Part shown: positions 11,645 to 25,288 of the stretch, piece by piece | How the letters are laid out: every line of letters begins with the position of its first letter | Numbering within the stretch: the first letter of the stretch is position 1 | Source: Rotaria socialis | Taxonomy: Eukaryota | Length of the DNA stretch: 64,000 nucleotides | NCBI GenBank assembly: GCA_905331295.1 | Contig: CAJNYD010000360.1 | Location: forward strand, 1-64,000 | Direction of reading: 5' to 3' | Notes under the pieces: generated by a model | What the model saw: only the letters and a program-made list of their open reading frames with translations | Databases searched by the model: none | Told to the model about the DNA's origin: nothing | Made by a program: the position numbers and the translations under genes

Positions 11645-12911
11645 TATGGATAAACTAATTACTTGAAGAAGAAGAAGAAGAAGAAGAAGAAGAAGAAAAA
11701 AGTATTTGATTACTTTTCTTATGTTAAGATAAAAAGATAAGTGTTTTACTGTGAGTTATATATGTATATAGACGACAACGATTAAGAAATCAGGCCAGTA
11801 GGTAAGCAGGCAGACAAAACAGACAGAAGCAATCACGTCTGATAGTTACACCACACTGTTGTTTTATGATAGGTTATGTTTGAAAATCGATTGTTTTTCT
11901 CTAGAAATTTCTCTGTTTTTTCTTCTTTATTGTATTCCGTCGGACGATAGAACGATTCGAATTAAATGAATAGTAGACAACGATATATAGACTCTTTCAG
12001 TATAAATAAAACAAATAATGGAAACATAAAGAATCGATGTGGTGTTGCTGGACTAGAAGAACGAAAAATACTACTAGTAACCAAATCACACGTGTAATAT
12101 GGGGATATATTGTTTTGTTAGTTGTTAGTTGTTCGACGAACAAAGAAAACAGATTTGTATGACGATGTCATTCTTTAGTTTTCGAAATGTAATCTAGAAC
12201 AATTTACCATCGATCGATTGAATATCCGTCCAGTCATTTCAAATTAAGAATATAAATTAAGAAACAGAGATCATTTGTGGAAAATGTTTTGTTAAAAAAT
12301 ATTTGAACTAGGCTACTATTAATTAATCCATTATTGTAGTTGTGCATTAAACAATAAACAAAAATTTCGATACGTATATTCAAGATTATGATTGCCAATA
12401 GTAATCTAATTTTTACAACAAATAAAACTTAATTCACCGAAAGTAATGATTTTTAATGAGAAAAATATCCTTGAATTCGAAATGAAAATATGTGGCAAAT
12501 CCAACCGATTGAAATAAGGTTTCGTCTAGCAAAGCAAAAATCTTGTTAATAAACGTCCTTGATTTCATAATACTAATGAAAAAAAATTCCTGGTAGATTC
12601 TTTATCGTGATAAATTTATTTTCCAGCCGATCTTAATTATATTTTAAATAGAAAAAGAAATTTATTCTATTGAGAATTATTCCATTCTCATGTCCAACTT
12701 TATTAATCATTAAGTTTTTCATATTTTACTTTCCATCATCGTTGTCACACACATTTAAAGACAAAAAACAAACGAAACGAAATTGTTTAGATTGAGTTCT
12801 TCAATCGAAAAAAAGAACTGGTGACTAGAAAATAAATTAGCTAACAAGACGGGTTGTTATATTTTTTTTGTCTATCAAACATAAAATGCGTGTTCAATGT
12901 TTTTTGTTTAT

Positions 12912-15087
12912 TTAATCAACTTCTTCGATTGTTGGACCTTTGTTACTGCCTTGTTTACCTCCAGCACCACCAGCATGTGGTGCACCACCACCATGAGCTC
13001 CACCTTCACCACCTATAATATAAATAGTATATTTAAATATTCTATATTTCTTGAAGAATTCAAATCACTTACCATAAAGTTTAGCCATAATTGGTGAACA
13101 GATCTTTTCAATTTCTTTAAGTTTATGTTCGAACTCTTCTTTTTCAGCTAATTGATTGGTTTCCATCCATTTAAGTGCTCCTTCAATGGTTTCACTAATC
13201 TTAGCTTTATCATCTGACGAAACTTTCGCTGCAATCTTGTCATCGCTGATGCTTGTTTTCATGTTGAAGCAATAGGATTCAAGTGAATTCTTAGCTGAAA
13301 TGCGGTCCCGTTGAGCTTCATCTTCTTTCTTGTATTTTTCAGCATCAGAAACCATACGTTCGATGTCATCTTTGGATAATCTACCTTTATCATTGGTAAT
13401 GGTAATCTTGTTTTCACGACCAGTTGATTTATCAACAGCCGATACGTTCAAGATACCATTGGCATCAATATCGAAGGTAACTTCAATTTGTGGTACACCA
13501 CGGGGAGCTGGTGGAATACCAGAAAGTTCAAAATTACCAAGTAAATGATTGTCTCGTGTCATTGAACGTTCACCTTCAAAGACTTTAATATCGACACCAG
13601 GTTGATTGTCCGAATAGGTGGTGAATGTTTGCGTTTGTTTTGTTGGAATGGTTGTATTACGCTTGATTAAAGCTGTCATGACACCACCAGCAGTTTCAAT
13701 ACCCTATAGAAAGAAGAAAAAGAGTAGAGGCATTAGTCAAATCGAATTAAGATTTGTTCTTAATAGACTTACCAATGAAAGTGGTGCAACATCAAGCAAG
13801 AGTACATCTTTAACTTCATCTGATTTGTCACCAGTTAAAATAGCGGCTTGCACAGCTGCACCATAAGCAACAGCTTCATCAGGATTGATTGATTTGTTCA
13901 ATTCTTTTCCGTTGAAGAAATCTTGAAGTAATTTTTGTACTTTTGGAATACGTGTTGAACCACCGACAAGTACAATTTCATGAATGCTAGCTTTGTCCAT
14001 TTTAGCATCACGTAAAGCTTTTTCAACTGGTTCAAGTGTTGAACGGAAAAGATCGGCACAAAGTTCTTCGAAACGAGCACGTGTGATTGTTGAATAGAAA
14101 TCAACACCTTCATGAAGAGAATCGATTTCAATTGAAGCTTGTGATGATGATGATAGTGTACGCTAGAATAATCAAAGACAGTTAATTTACATTTAAATAG
14201 AAAAATCTTTTCAAAACTTACTTTAGCACGTTCACAAGCTGTACGTAAACGACGAAGACCACGTTTGTTTTGTGATAAATCTTTGTTGTTCTTTCGCTTA
14301 AATTCTTGGACAAAGTGTGTTACCATTCGATTATCAAAATCTTCACCTCCTAAATGTGTATCACCAGCTGTTGATTTGACTTCGAAGATACCTTCTTCAA
14401 TTTTAAGTACTGATACATCAAAAGTACCACCACCCAAATCGAAGATAAGAATATTTCGTTCAGCTGAAACTTTTTTATCTAAACCATAAGCAATAGCGGC
14501 AGCTGTCGGTTCGTTGATAATACGTAAAACATTAAGACCAGAAATAACACCAGCATCTTTTGTTGCTTGTCGTTGAGAATCATTGAAGTAAGCTGGTACA
14601 GTAATGACAGCTTCTGAAATTTTTTTACCAAGATAAGCTTCAGCGATTTCTTTCATTTTTGTTAAAACCATAGATGAAATTTCTTCAGGGGTGAATGATT
14701 TTGTTTCATTTTTATATTCGACTTGAATTTTAGGTTTACCACCTTCACTAATAACTTTAAAAGGCCAGTGTTTCATATCAGCTTGAACAGTTGTATCGTC
14801 AAATTTACGACCAATAAGTCGTTTGGCATCAAAAATAGTGTTGTTTGGATTCATGGCCACTTGATTTTTAGCAGCATCGCCGATTAAACGTTCACTATCA
14901 GTGAATGCAACATACGATGGTGTTGTTCGATTACCTTGATCATTGGCAATAATTTCTACTTTACCATGTTGGAAAATACCGACACACTACAATAGATAAT
15001 ATAAATAGAGTTATATACGAAGATACTAAACTATTGAGTACTTACTGAATATGTAGTGCCTAAATCAATACCAATTGCGCGTGCCAT
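12912..15087 (-). CDS. hsp70: Cytosolic Hsp70/Hsc70; exons 15087-15046, 14986-14222, 14162-13773, 13703-13073, 13012-12912
   Basis: [22 protein letters not shown] and [12 protein letters not shown] signatures; C-terminal GPTIEEVD. Confidence 0.98.
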
Positions 15088-15197
15088 TTGTGTTTAAATA
15101 TAGTAACGGAGTGAAGTAAAGTAAAGTGTAGTGAATTCGCTAACGAGTATAAAAATTTCGAATTGTAGGCAATGTGTGTTGTGACCTGCGTTTAGTC

Positions 15198-15355
15198 TTT
15201 ATATAGGGTACGCTTTTTTCCTTCTAGCATAATCGAGAACTTTCTTATAGAACAGCGGGGAAGAAGAGAACGAAAAAGAAGAAAAGAGAAAAAAAAGGAA
15301 AGAAGAAAGGAAGAAAGAAAGGAAGAAAGAAAGGAAGATACAATCAAGAAGGTTC
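15198..15355 (-). promoter_or_regulatory. Hsp70 promoter: TATA box plus heat-shock-element units
   Basis: TATATAAA (minus) at 15198-15205; GAAnnTTC at 15237-15244 and 15348-15355, bracketing a purine-rich (GAAA/GGAA)n tract. Confidence 0.65.
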
Positions 15356-16002
15356 TACAACATGGTTGATTCACACCAAGTTTGTTTTCGTCATAGTCAG
15401 CATGAATAATATGAAGAAAAAAAAACATTATTTTCCAGAGATGGGGATTTTCTAAAACGAAATAGTAGGAAAATTTTCGATATTTCGAGAATGCCCATGT
15501 GACACCATGCGACATCTACCGATAACAAATTTTTACTTTTTTCAATGAGAAGAATCTGCAAACTCCATATAAAGGTTTCTCTCTCTCTCTCTGAAATGAG
15601 TAGTAACCACTAAAGGATTGATCTTCTACATGGGAATTCTTGACTAAGATACATAAACTACTATTTATTATTTCTAGATACTTTTTTTTGTACATCTGCG
15701 CTTTGCTACACCTTTATTCTTGAAACAAGGAGCAACATCACCCTCTACTACGAATTCTTATTCAAAATGTTGATTCATTGTGATAGATATGAAATGTTTT
15801 TTTTCTTTCATAAGTTTAATACAATAATGGTTTAGTTTTCATTTCGTACAGTACTATTTTAAAAATTGTTACAACAGAATTATTTCATCAAAGAGAAAGC
15901 CGTTTCAATACAATACATAAATCGAACACAACACACAATAAAATCAACTTCTTCTTTTTTGAAAGAATAAAGAATTCATTTTTTAAAATTTAGTTGATTT
16001 CG

Positions 16003-16650
16003 TTATTGATAACTAGATTCGAATGGTGAAAGTACAAGTCTGATAGCACTGTTTTGAAGACAACCATTGATAAATTCATCTTTTGATAACGATTGATTTT
16101 GATCAAGATCCAATGTACGAAATATGTCGTAGGCAACACATTCTGGCGAGCTTTGATACATTTTATTTCGTGTTATGGTGAAAAGTTTTCGTAATAATTC
16201 GATCATTTCAGTTGGCTCGATTGTTTGAGAATTATCAGTGTCAAATAATGAAAATGTATATTGTAATTTATCGAGTGGTTCACCAACAGATGTTAATGCG
16301 TAAGAAATAAGAAATTCTTTAAAATCAATGCTTTGATTACCTTAAAACACAGAAAGAAAAAAGAAGAAAAGCCTTTCATTTATTTAAAATAAATAATACG
16401 GACCATTATGATCAAATACTTGAAAAACATTTTCAGCAATAGATTCAACATTTTTTGTCGTAGAATTTTCCAAGTCTTTATAAAATTTAATAAATTGATG
16501 TTTGCTCAATTGACCATTGGGACATACAGTTATAAATTCTCGATACCAACCTTGAATAACATAGGGTGTTAGATGTGTTTGTTTCATTAAATATCGATAA
16601 TCATTCAATGACAAATCTTCTTCTAGTTGATGATGTTGTTGATTACCCAT
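16003..16650 (-). CDS. Neuronal calcium sensor (frequenin/hippocalcin-like EF-hand protein); exons 16650-16404, 16340-16003
   Basis: MG N-terminus; WYREFITVCPNG (non-binding EF1 motif); EF loops DHNGNQSIDFKE, DTDNSQTIEPTE, DLDQNQSLSKDE. Confidence 0.9.
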
Positions 16651-18649
16651 CTATTTCAAATGAAAACTTTTTCTATGGCTTTATACCTTAGGAGAAAAAA
16701 AATGAATTGCTGACAGTTGGTCTCGTCGAAGAGAGAATCTTCTGTAAAAATGTCACACTCTTAGATTATCTCGTGATAAAAATAATAAGAATAAATCATA
16801 TACTAAAGTAAAGAAAGCATAGAAAAAAAAAGTAGAGAAACAAGAATATTGAGCGAAGAAAATCATGCTTTTAAACAGAAGGCTTTTTTTTGGTAATATT
16901 TATATAAGAAAAATTATCTCTTAGTGAGCCTGTTTTTAATTTATTTTTATTAAAAAAATCATTCTCGTCGTACTCCTCTTACTCTATTAATATGAGAATA
17001 GCATTAGAGCTGTTATAAATCCTCTAATTTATATGAAAAATTTATCATCCGGGATTCTTCTTCTATCAAGTGTTTTATTCTGAAACTAAATTATGAGAAT
17101 AAGCATACATCACTCTTAATCTAATTTACTTTTCTTCTTTTTTTTGAGAAAAAAAGAAATCCGCTACAAATGATTATTACTGGGCATATTGTTATGTTGA
17201 TTTAGGTTCAGAATACTTATTTTAATTTTACATATATTTATATTTTTTTATTCCTCAATATGTTTAAACTAATATTTGTTGTGGATAAAAAAAAATATTT
17301 TGATAATAAATGTCGGCTTAATCTAACCGCGTAGGAATACGCGTTTGATTGTTTTGTTTATGTGTGCTCTGCTCATTGTATGAACAAGAAAGAACATCAA
17401 AATAGAAGCATAATTTCCAATGTTGATGAAATTACGAAGATAAAAATAGATATCATAAAATAAATAATTGATTTAGACTCATTTTGATCTTATTTCGTCG
17501 TTGTTTAAAAGCAAACCATTAAATAATCGCAATATGCTGGTATCTGTCATGAACTGAATTCATACGAAACGTGCTTTTATCAAACACAATATTATTGATT
17601 TAAATAGACAATATGACGGCATGTGCATCAGTGAAGTATGAATTAATATCTATTATGTAAAACGATCAATTCATTGAAAGCGTGACAATATTGTTCGTTT
17701 TAGTTGGTTTCATAGAGCCTATTGAAATCAAATTAACGAATAAGATCGTACATACGCTGCCGTAAGCCACATATTAGAGGGCAGCACTCATGGAGTCGTC
17801 TGTTATATGACGAAAAATCAAATATCATATTTTTTTTAAATTTTTATTTAGAATCACGATGCAGATTTCAATTGAGACCTGTAGTATATATTTATAATTG
17901 TTTCAACTGAATGCACTTTCATCTTGACATAGATAAATCGGTATATATCAATTAAACCGATGATAACTATACGTAGGAGTATATATATATATATATGATT
18001 AATGATGCTCATGACTTAAATTATTTTAATTTAGATATAGAGAAAGAAAGAATATCCATCAGAAACGATTAATCAATCATGTACAATAGAAAAAAATCAT
18101 TGTGTTTTTAATATATCGAATAGTCAGACGATGAATCGATGGTATGCAGGGTCGAAATTGAATCCCATGATTTACACAATTACCTTGATCATTCTTTTGT
18201 CTTTCTTTCTTTAGCGTCTTTTTTTGCACGATTGTATGAGAAAGAGCATGACAATTTTTATAAATACAAGCTCACTAGCTAATATATTTATTATACATTT
18301 CTATTTTTAATTTTTATACCCACTCCATTTTCTTTTTCCATTGGTTTTTTACCTTTACGAAAGCAAAGAATCAGTCAGCCGTGCTGAAAATGATACGACA
18401 TTCTTGTTGATGCTTATGCATCGTTCTACTTAAAAGTATCGTCTATTAATGATTGCTAAACGAATAACAAATTGAGAAGGATACTCGACGGCAAGCAACG
18501 GCTTTCTATATACACTATACATAGAAACAGAGCGATAGAGAAAACGTCAACGTTTGCAATTTAGCTGTCTACAATTTCTATCAGGCGTGTTGATACGCAG
18601 AAGGCCAAAAGAAGAGAACGAGGAAAAGCGGACTTGTTTTCATTCGCAT

Positions 18650-20603
18650 ATGGGCTGCAATAACGGTAAGCAACATGCTGAGAAGGGCAATAGCAAGAGG
18701 CACGCAACTATTAAGAAATTTTTATGTTTTCCATCAATTCGCAAGTCTATTCGAGCACGATCAGTGAGTCATGAAGTTTCAACTCAATCTCTATCGATGA
18801 TTGATGATTTCGAACTAAGTGAGATTACTTATTTAACTAGTCTACTGGATAGAAATCTCTTTGCCTCTATTCATTCAAGAAATATCAACTTATGATTCTG
18901 ATAATCAAAATCAAAGACAATCATCACTAACCGATGAATCAACAACATCAGGTAAAAACAAACAAAACAGAAAATTCATACATTAAAACGCTTTTTTTGT
19001 TTTCTACAATATTAGTTAGTTCGGTGGCTCAAACAACTATGGCTGCAATCCGTGAGAAAAGATATCGAACAGCTATAGGATTATTAACCATCGATAAGTA
19101 GGTGAGTCCAATACGTATAGAAAAACATGAATATTTTTTTTCCTTTCTTTCTTAAATAGATCAAGTGAAACTTTAATAGGCAAGAATGAAAATGATAGCA
19201 ATTCGATCGATGAAAATAATTGGAAATATTATACTCCATTTACACTTGAAAAAATTCGTACAACACCGTTATTAAAAGATCTAATATTTCAATATGTTAA
19301 TTATGAAATTTGTTATGCATTGAATCGTTTGCTTCGATTTGAAAATCATGATGAAAATGAAGAATTTCTCGAATGGTTTTTTGATGAAGTTGAATATTTA
19401 ATGCACGCATTTGATGATAATAAACAGTATGAACATAAATCTTTACTTTTAAGTTCAATAGAACAAGATCGTTATGATTGCATGAAATATCTATTGGATC
19501 GTCAATTATTACCAAGTAAACTTGATATTAATACAGTCAATGATCAAGGTCGTCATTGTTTATTGATGCTTGCACATAAGAATGGTCCAATCGATTCAGT
19601 AAAATATTTATTAACACGTCATTTAGCATGTCTCGATACAAATAAACTTGATTTAAATAAATTTAGTTCTTTACATCATGCATGTCGACATTTTAATTTA
19701 TCTCTATGTGAATTATTACTTCCATATACAAGTGCAAAAATATTTAAAATGGAAAATTCAGAATTACATACACCACTTGATTATTGGATTGAATGTTTAT
19801 GTTCATTGAAACAGTTAAAACCAACACATATTCAATACCATTCGGATGCATTACGTCTTGATTATTTGCTCAATGATTTTGATTATTATTCGAATGTTTT
19901 ATTTTTTCAAACTATTATAAATCACGATGGACAATTAACGAAAATTCCATTACGTTACATACGTTCAGTTCTGCCTCAATTAACATTTGAACAAAAACTA
20001 TCCTATGTAGATCATCATGTTAATCTTTGTTGTACCTTATATAAAAATCGTTTATCAACATTAGTACGTGATTATGATAATTTAAAAATTAGTATACAAG
20101 CTGGAGAAATTCTAACTGAATTTATTTATGCATTAGGTACTGTACAACTAGAAGTACAAAGTCGTTTAACAGCACATGCATATTCAAGTGTTTATGAAAC
20201 AGCCCTACAACGTATTTATCGTGAAAATAATAATCGAGAAGAAAATTCTTCTAATCGTTTAAATACAAAAGAACATAATAGTTTACAATTAACTATGCGT
20301 ATGCTCTATTTTAAATTTTTTCGTCTCTTTCAATGTATTTATAATAATCCTGATGTGAATGTAAAAAATTTCCATTTCGAACATATATTTCGTCGTGTTT
20401 GGATTTATTGGAAAGAACCTGTGAAAGCATTTATTACGCAATGTAGAGAAAAAAATTTATCGTTAAAATCTATTTGTCGAACAATATTATTTAAACGTTT
20501 AATTCATTATCCAGCTGATATTGGACGTTTATCAATTCATCCATCTCTAAAACAATTTGTTGCATATGACAATCAATTTTTTCTTGTTCAAAGACATTAT
20601 TAA
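18650..20603 (+). CDS. Ankyrin-repeat and SOCS-box (ASB-like) protein; exons 18650-18818, 18880-18951, 19016-19097, 19160-20603
   Basis: Phase-consistent exons. Ankyrin-like DINTVNDQGRHCLL, SSLHHACRH...LCELLL, HTPLD; C-terminal SOCS box LSLKSICRTILF...IGRLSIHPSLKQFV. Confidence 0.8.
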
Positions 20604-21892
20604 ACCTAAATGAAATCTTTATTTTATAATTATTTTTATCAAATATTTTTTTGTAAATATTTATTATAAATAAAATTAAAAAATATATCCCATTCTGTAT
20701 TATAAGGACTTCGAAAATTGAGTAGACTAAGTGGGGAAAAGCGGATCCCGGATGCGAGAATATCATAAAAATAGAAAGAATCGGAAAATGAAATTGCGCA
20801 CTCAGGAATCCGTCTTTTTTTCTGGAATAAAAAGGAATGACTTAAAAATATTGTATACCATAGTTAGAAACTCACTTATGACGTTCTATAAGTCAGCGTT
20901 GACGGAAATTGTTTAAAAACATACTGTTCAGTTCCCGAAGTACTTAAATATTGCTGAGAACGCTATCCATAAAATAATACGTCTGTTTGGTCTTTTATTA
21001 TAGACATATTCGAGCGAAAATACATATCCGTTTTGCTTGAGCTGGGTCTGAGTGTGGTTTTGGATGAAGTGATGAACCCACATCCACATCGTAATGACCA
21101 GTCTACTTCTTCTATCACATGTTTTGATTTGTAAATTTTTATAATATGAATCTTATTGATGCCTTTTGTTCTCATAATTTCTGGAGAGAGCACCGAGGGA
21201 TCGAAGCACTCGATAAAATTTATTTTTAGTTTTTTTTATGCTCATTCGAAAGATCAAGGTTTAAAACTGCTAACTTGAAAATTTTAACGTCTAATAGATT
21301 TCCTTCGAAAAATTACTCAGAGACGACTTTTACCACCCTCACAAATTTTGAATGTAAAAAATAGCAAAAATTTCTCGATCAAACAACACGGTCTCATGGC
21401 TCAGAAGATTGTTCAAATCTTTAGACGAATATTCTGAAAGATAGCCCATACATAGGTTAATAATACTGGGTATTTAAATTATTGGATAGTATTATTCTTT
21501 TGGGGCTGCAAGCATCAACAAGTATGGTAAGTGGCATCATTTTTTATTTTTTTCTAGTCTATTTTTCACAGTATATTTGATCTAATCTTTCTAAATAAGT
21601 AGACCCCAAGCTGAATCTCGGATATGTCATGTAGCTTTTAATTCTACACAGAATTGCAAAGAACTTTTTGAAAAAGAATGGTATGCTCGATCCGAAAAGT
21701 AGCTAACATTACCGATATGGTAGTGAAAATCATGAAAATAAACGACATGTGACCAATATTAGATATCATTGATTCACAAAAATTTTAGTGTACAAAAAAA
21801 TAAGATTAGTATACTAAACCGTTTAGCATAGTTAGTTCGTTCTTAAACGAAGAAAAAATTCTTCGACCTTATCAGACCTTCTGGGAGAGTAC

Positions 21893-22227
21893 GGGAATCT
21901 GTTGAAAATTTCGAAAAATATTTTTTGTCATAGAATCGAATGATTATAGTTTCAGATGAAAGAGCTTGAAAACTGATCAAAATCAAGTAGTAAAAGCAGA
22001 ACCTCAAATGTGATATTTTTGAAGGCAGAGTATTTATTAAGTCTCACATTTCCAACTAATACGTCTTTTGGATAGAGATTTTACTAGTGGTTCATCCATG
22101 GTAAAATTGCAACTAACGCATACCCTTCCATACACAGTTGTAATCAGTTTTTCAAGCTCTTTCATCTGAAACTACAATCATTCGATTCTATGACAAAAAA
22201 TATTTTTCGAAATTTTCAACAGATCCC
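21893..22227. mobile_element. MITE with ~85-bp TIRs
   Basis: ATCTGTTGAAAATTTCGAAAAATATTTTTTGTCATAGAATCGAATGATT.TAGTTTCAGATGAAAGAGCTTGAAAA recurs nearly perfectly inverted at ~22145-22227. Confidence 0.85.
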
Positions 22228-22314
22228 TAGGGGTAGCACTTTACGTTAATTTAATATTAAGTGTTAAGTAAAACTACTTAATTAACTCAAATTAACATCA
22301 ACGGTTCACCCCTA
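22228..22314. mobile_element. ~87-bp mini-element TAGGGG...CCCCTA; second copy at ~49993-50090
   Basis: GCACTTTACGTTAATTTAATATTAAGTGTTAAGTAAAAC.ACTTAATTAACTC is shared by both copies; termini are inverted. Confidence 0.75.
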
Positions 22315-22661
22315 GTTTTAAACCTTGATCTTTCGAATGAGCATAAACAACCCAAAAATAAATTTTATCGAGTGCTCGATACACTGGAGCGATCCTCGGT
22401 CGACTCATGGGAGCTCTCTTAAAAACATAATTTATATCAATGAATATCACTGGATCCCGTAGGATCCAGATAGATCCCAATGGATCCACTTTTCTCCCCT
22501 TGGAAATATGTCTTGTGATCCGCTGTACTCCTTGTATTTCTTCTGAACATGTGAGTAAAAAAGTGCTGGATGAATGACGACAAGTTATTTCTTTATTGTC
22601 AAATGTTGAAAAATCGAAGAAAAATGAGTTTATTTTTTACAGTTCACTATCTTGTTATATA

Positions 22662-23726
22662 TTACGAAACAACATCAATACGATTTCGTTTTGTCACATA
22701 TCGAACTATTTGACCTTGCAGGATATGATTTTGAAGTTTAGTTATATTTGTTGAAATACTACGTCTGATTCTGTTAGTACAGAAGTGTCGAAATTGTTTG
22801 AAGGTAAGCAGAACGATCGCTGAACTAAACATGTAGTTCAAGTAGATGATAAACGATGTTATTGCATCAATGTAAACGGAATAGGTCAGATTCAGAGTAG
22901 TTTGAAAAAAAGCATAGAGAACCCACGGTGACCATGTCAAAAGAATCCAAATTAGAAATATGTGAACTGAGAAGAGAAGGCGTCGATGATTCCGAGTGAA
23001 ATTCAAATTTCCTTGCCCATCAGTCCTACGAAAACATTTTCGATAGAAATAGATGCCTATGATAGACAAATTTGCGATTCCAATAAGAAAATAGGGTGTG
23101 AATGTGATAAAGCAATCAAATATTTCATATATCTCACGTGTATACCGCAAATCACACGTTTGCGTTTTACTGGGATCATCGAGATTAATAGTCGAAGCTC
23201 CATTTTGCATGATAATTGGATAATAGAGGCAAGGAAAGACGATCGCCACGAATAGACTGACATAGTGAAGACAGATAGTAAGCGTAATATGTCTTCGATG
23301 ACCTTGATGAAAAGCGAAGGGTTTCAGGATAAGAACCAAGCGTTCGATCGAGAGATGTGCAATAAGAAAATCATTGATTTCTGTTGGGATGTAATCAAAG
23401 TAAACGGTTAATTGGCATAGTGGAGTGCCAGCTACAGGTAAACATCCGTGATGATAGTAGAAATAGGTTCGTATTGGTCCTTGTACAAAAGTGATTAATG
23501 CTTGAAAGATGCAACTCAGCAAGAGTGCTTGATTTTTCACATTCAAAACATGTTTCGCTTTACAGACGAAAACACCGATAAAAACCATGTTGAGAATGAT
23601 ACCAAGAGGAACAGTGACACAGCTTATAATAAAAAGAACCCTATACAGGGGAACAACGTCGTAGCCCATATCATCTTTCTTATTGCAAGAGATAACATCT
23701 GATTCTGTCACGTTTTTCACCTGCAT
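22662..23726 (-). CDS. Intronless class A (rhodopsin-like) orphan GPCR
   Basis: Seven hydrophobic segments, TM1 GIILN, TM3 Cys and LSIERL (DRY equivalent), TM6 TWSPW. First in-frame ATG at 23726. Confidence 0.85.
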   Translation of the reverse strand: MQVKNVTESDVISCNKKDDMGYDVVPLYRVLFIISCVTVPLGIILNMVFIGVFVCKAKHVLNVKNQALLLSCIFQALITFVQGPIRTYFYYHHGCLPVAGTPLCQLTVYFDYIPTEINDFLIAHLSIERLVLILKPFAFHQGHRRHITLTICLHYVSLFVAIVFPCLYYPIIMQNGASTINLDDPSKTQTCDLRYTREIYEIFDCFITFTPYFLIGIANLSIIGIYFYRKCFRRTDGQGNLNFTRNHRRLLFSVHIFLIWILLTWSPWVLYAFFQTTLNLTYSVYIDAITSFIIYLNYMFSSAIVLLTFKQFRHFCTNRIRRSISTNITKLQNHILQGQIVRYVTKRNRIDVVS

Positions 23727-24128
23727 ACTATGGAAAAGAACGCGTCTTTCTAAGGGAAGAATATAAAGATTGATTATGTTCACCGAGTATACTGTAAATA
23801 TGTATATGGAATAGTTCTTTTTTTTTCTCTTACTCGAAATATCTAATTTGGCGAGTGAGTCTCTCTTGCAACAGTACGATCTAAAGCTAAAAATAGATAG
23901 ATTTTTGCTTCGAATGTGATCAGTGGCGAAGAAATATTAATCTCCTAGTATCTCCGAGTCAGTAGCATCATACTGTTCTTTTACATTAGAAGTATTAGTT
24001 ATTTTCCTGTTTTGACAGTCGCGCGTTGTGACGATTTTAGATACACGAGATGGTTGCGCTGGTGGAACTACGCTTTATTTAGCTTCTTCACATCACACAT
24101 CTCATCGTTTACATCCACAACACGCGTT

Positions 24129-25048
24129 TATAACATGCGGTGCAAAAATCTTTGCAATAATGTCACACGCTGTTAGACCATGTTGGAGACTTCTAATTCA
24201 ACTGACTTTTTTCTTGTTGGAAAGAACAGTGTCTGAACTTCCAATTTTGTACTAAACATATTTTTCTAGCACGAGTTTTGGAAATAAGGAAAATACAAAA
24301 ACTAAACGCATGAAGAAAAGTTGTTCCAACTTCACCATCCAGCAGTATTATTTTCTATTTCTACTGGATTCTTTTAAAGTGAAAAAGAGAATGAATAAAT
24401 CACGATCAATGGTGGTTTTTGTAGCATAAAGGATGCTCTTTCCAATGGTGTATTGAAAGGTAAATTTAGTTTCAGTTTTTGTACTGAAATATTGCTTTTT
24501 TCGAGAGAGACTGACAAATTTGGTCGTTCTCACAATGTGACTATTTTGGAACTGCAAAAGATATTTGTTCAGTTATTTTTGCTGCCAAGTTTCTAAGGTC
24601 TGATATAAGTAGAGATCATCGATGGTTCTTGATAAATATTCTTGAAAATTGATAGTTTTTTTCAATGGGTGCTTTTCTTACAAAAATTTCGTTTTTCAAT
24701 TTCTTTTTATGAACAACTCAAAAATGAAGCTAAAAATCTTCCATACGCTGGTATCGAAAGAGTTTTTGAAACTCTACATTGTGGTGCATGTTTTGATAAA
24801 ATTCTACTGAAGTAGTCTAGGATATTTCTGAAATACCGACTTTTCCAGGTTGCAAAAACTTTTTTCATGCGTTCAGTTTTTGACTTTTTCTCATTTCCAG
24901 ATTCGTGCTAGAAATATCTGTTTGGTACAAAATTTGAAGTTCAGACACTGCTCTTTCCGACAAGAAAAAAGTCAGCTGAATTAAAAGTGTCCAACATGGT
25001 CTAACAGCGTTTGGCATTGTTGCAAGTACTTTTGCTCCGCATGTTATA
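24129..25048. mobile_element. MITE with ~200-bp TIRs inserted at TA inside an LTR
   Basis: TATAACATGCGG...(24129 to ~24330) recurs inverted at ~24850-25048 (...CCGCATGTTATA). LTR homology resumes on both sides. Confidence 0.85.
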
Positions 25049-25288
25049 CGCAACCAAGAGAGAGAGAGAGAGAGAGAGTGAGAGAAGGAAAAGATACAGC
25101 AAGAGAAAAAATAGACATAACAATAGAGAGATGAGACTAAGAGGAAAGATAATCATGGAAGATGATATATGTTCCTGTCAACAGAATAAGCAACAAGCTA
25201 ATCTTAGTTACGAACGCGTAAATAACACAAGATATGTTGAAGAGGAAAAGTCAGAAGATAAAAGGTGATGTATGAACACTTTCATCAG

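Larger units (their letters stand above)
21188..22406. mobile_element. MITE with ~80-bp TIRs
   Basis: GCACTCGATAAAATTTATTTTT..TTTATGCTCATTCGAAAGATCAAGGTTTAAAACT (~21206-21269) recurs inverted at ~22314-22377. Confidence 0.8.
20727..22503. mobile_element. Outer degenerate TIR element containing nested MITEs
   Basis: CTAAGTGGGGAAAAGCGGATCC (20727) is an imperfect inverted match of GGATCCACTTTTCTCCCCTTGG (22482-22503). Confidence 0.55.

Noticed and set aside
10872..14489. Plus-strand ORFs antisense to the roquin-like gene and hsp70
   Set aside because: Shadow ORFs of coding sequence.
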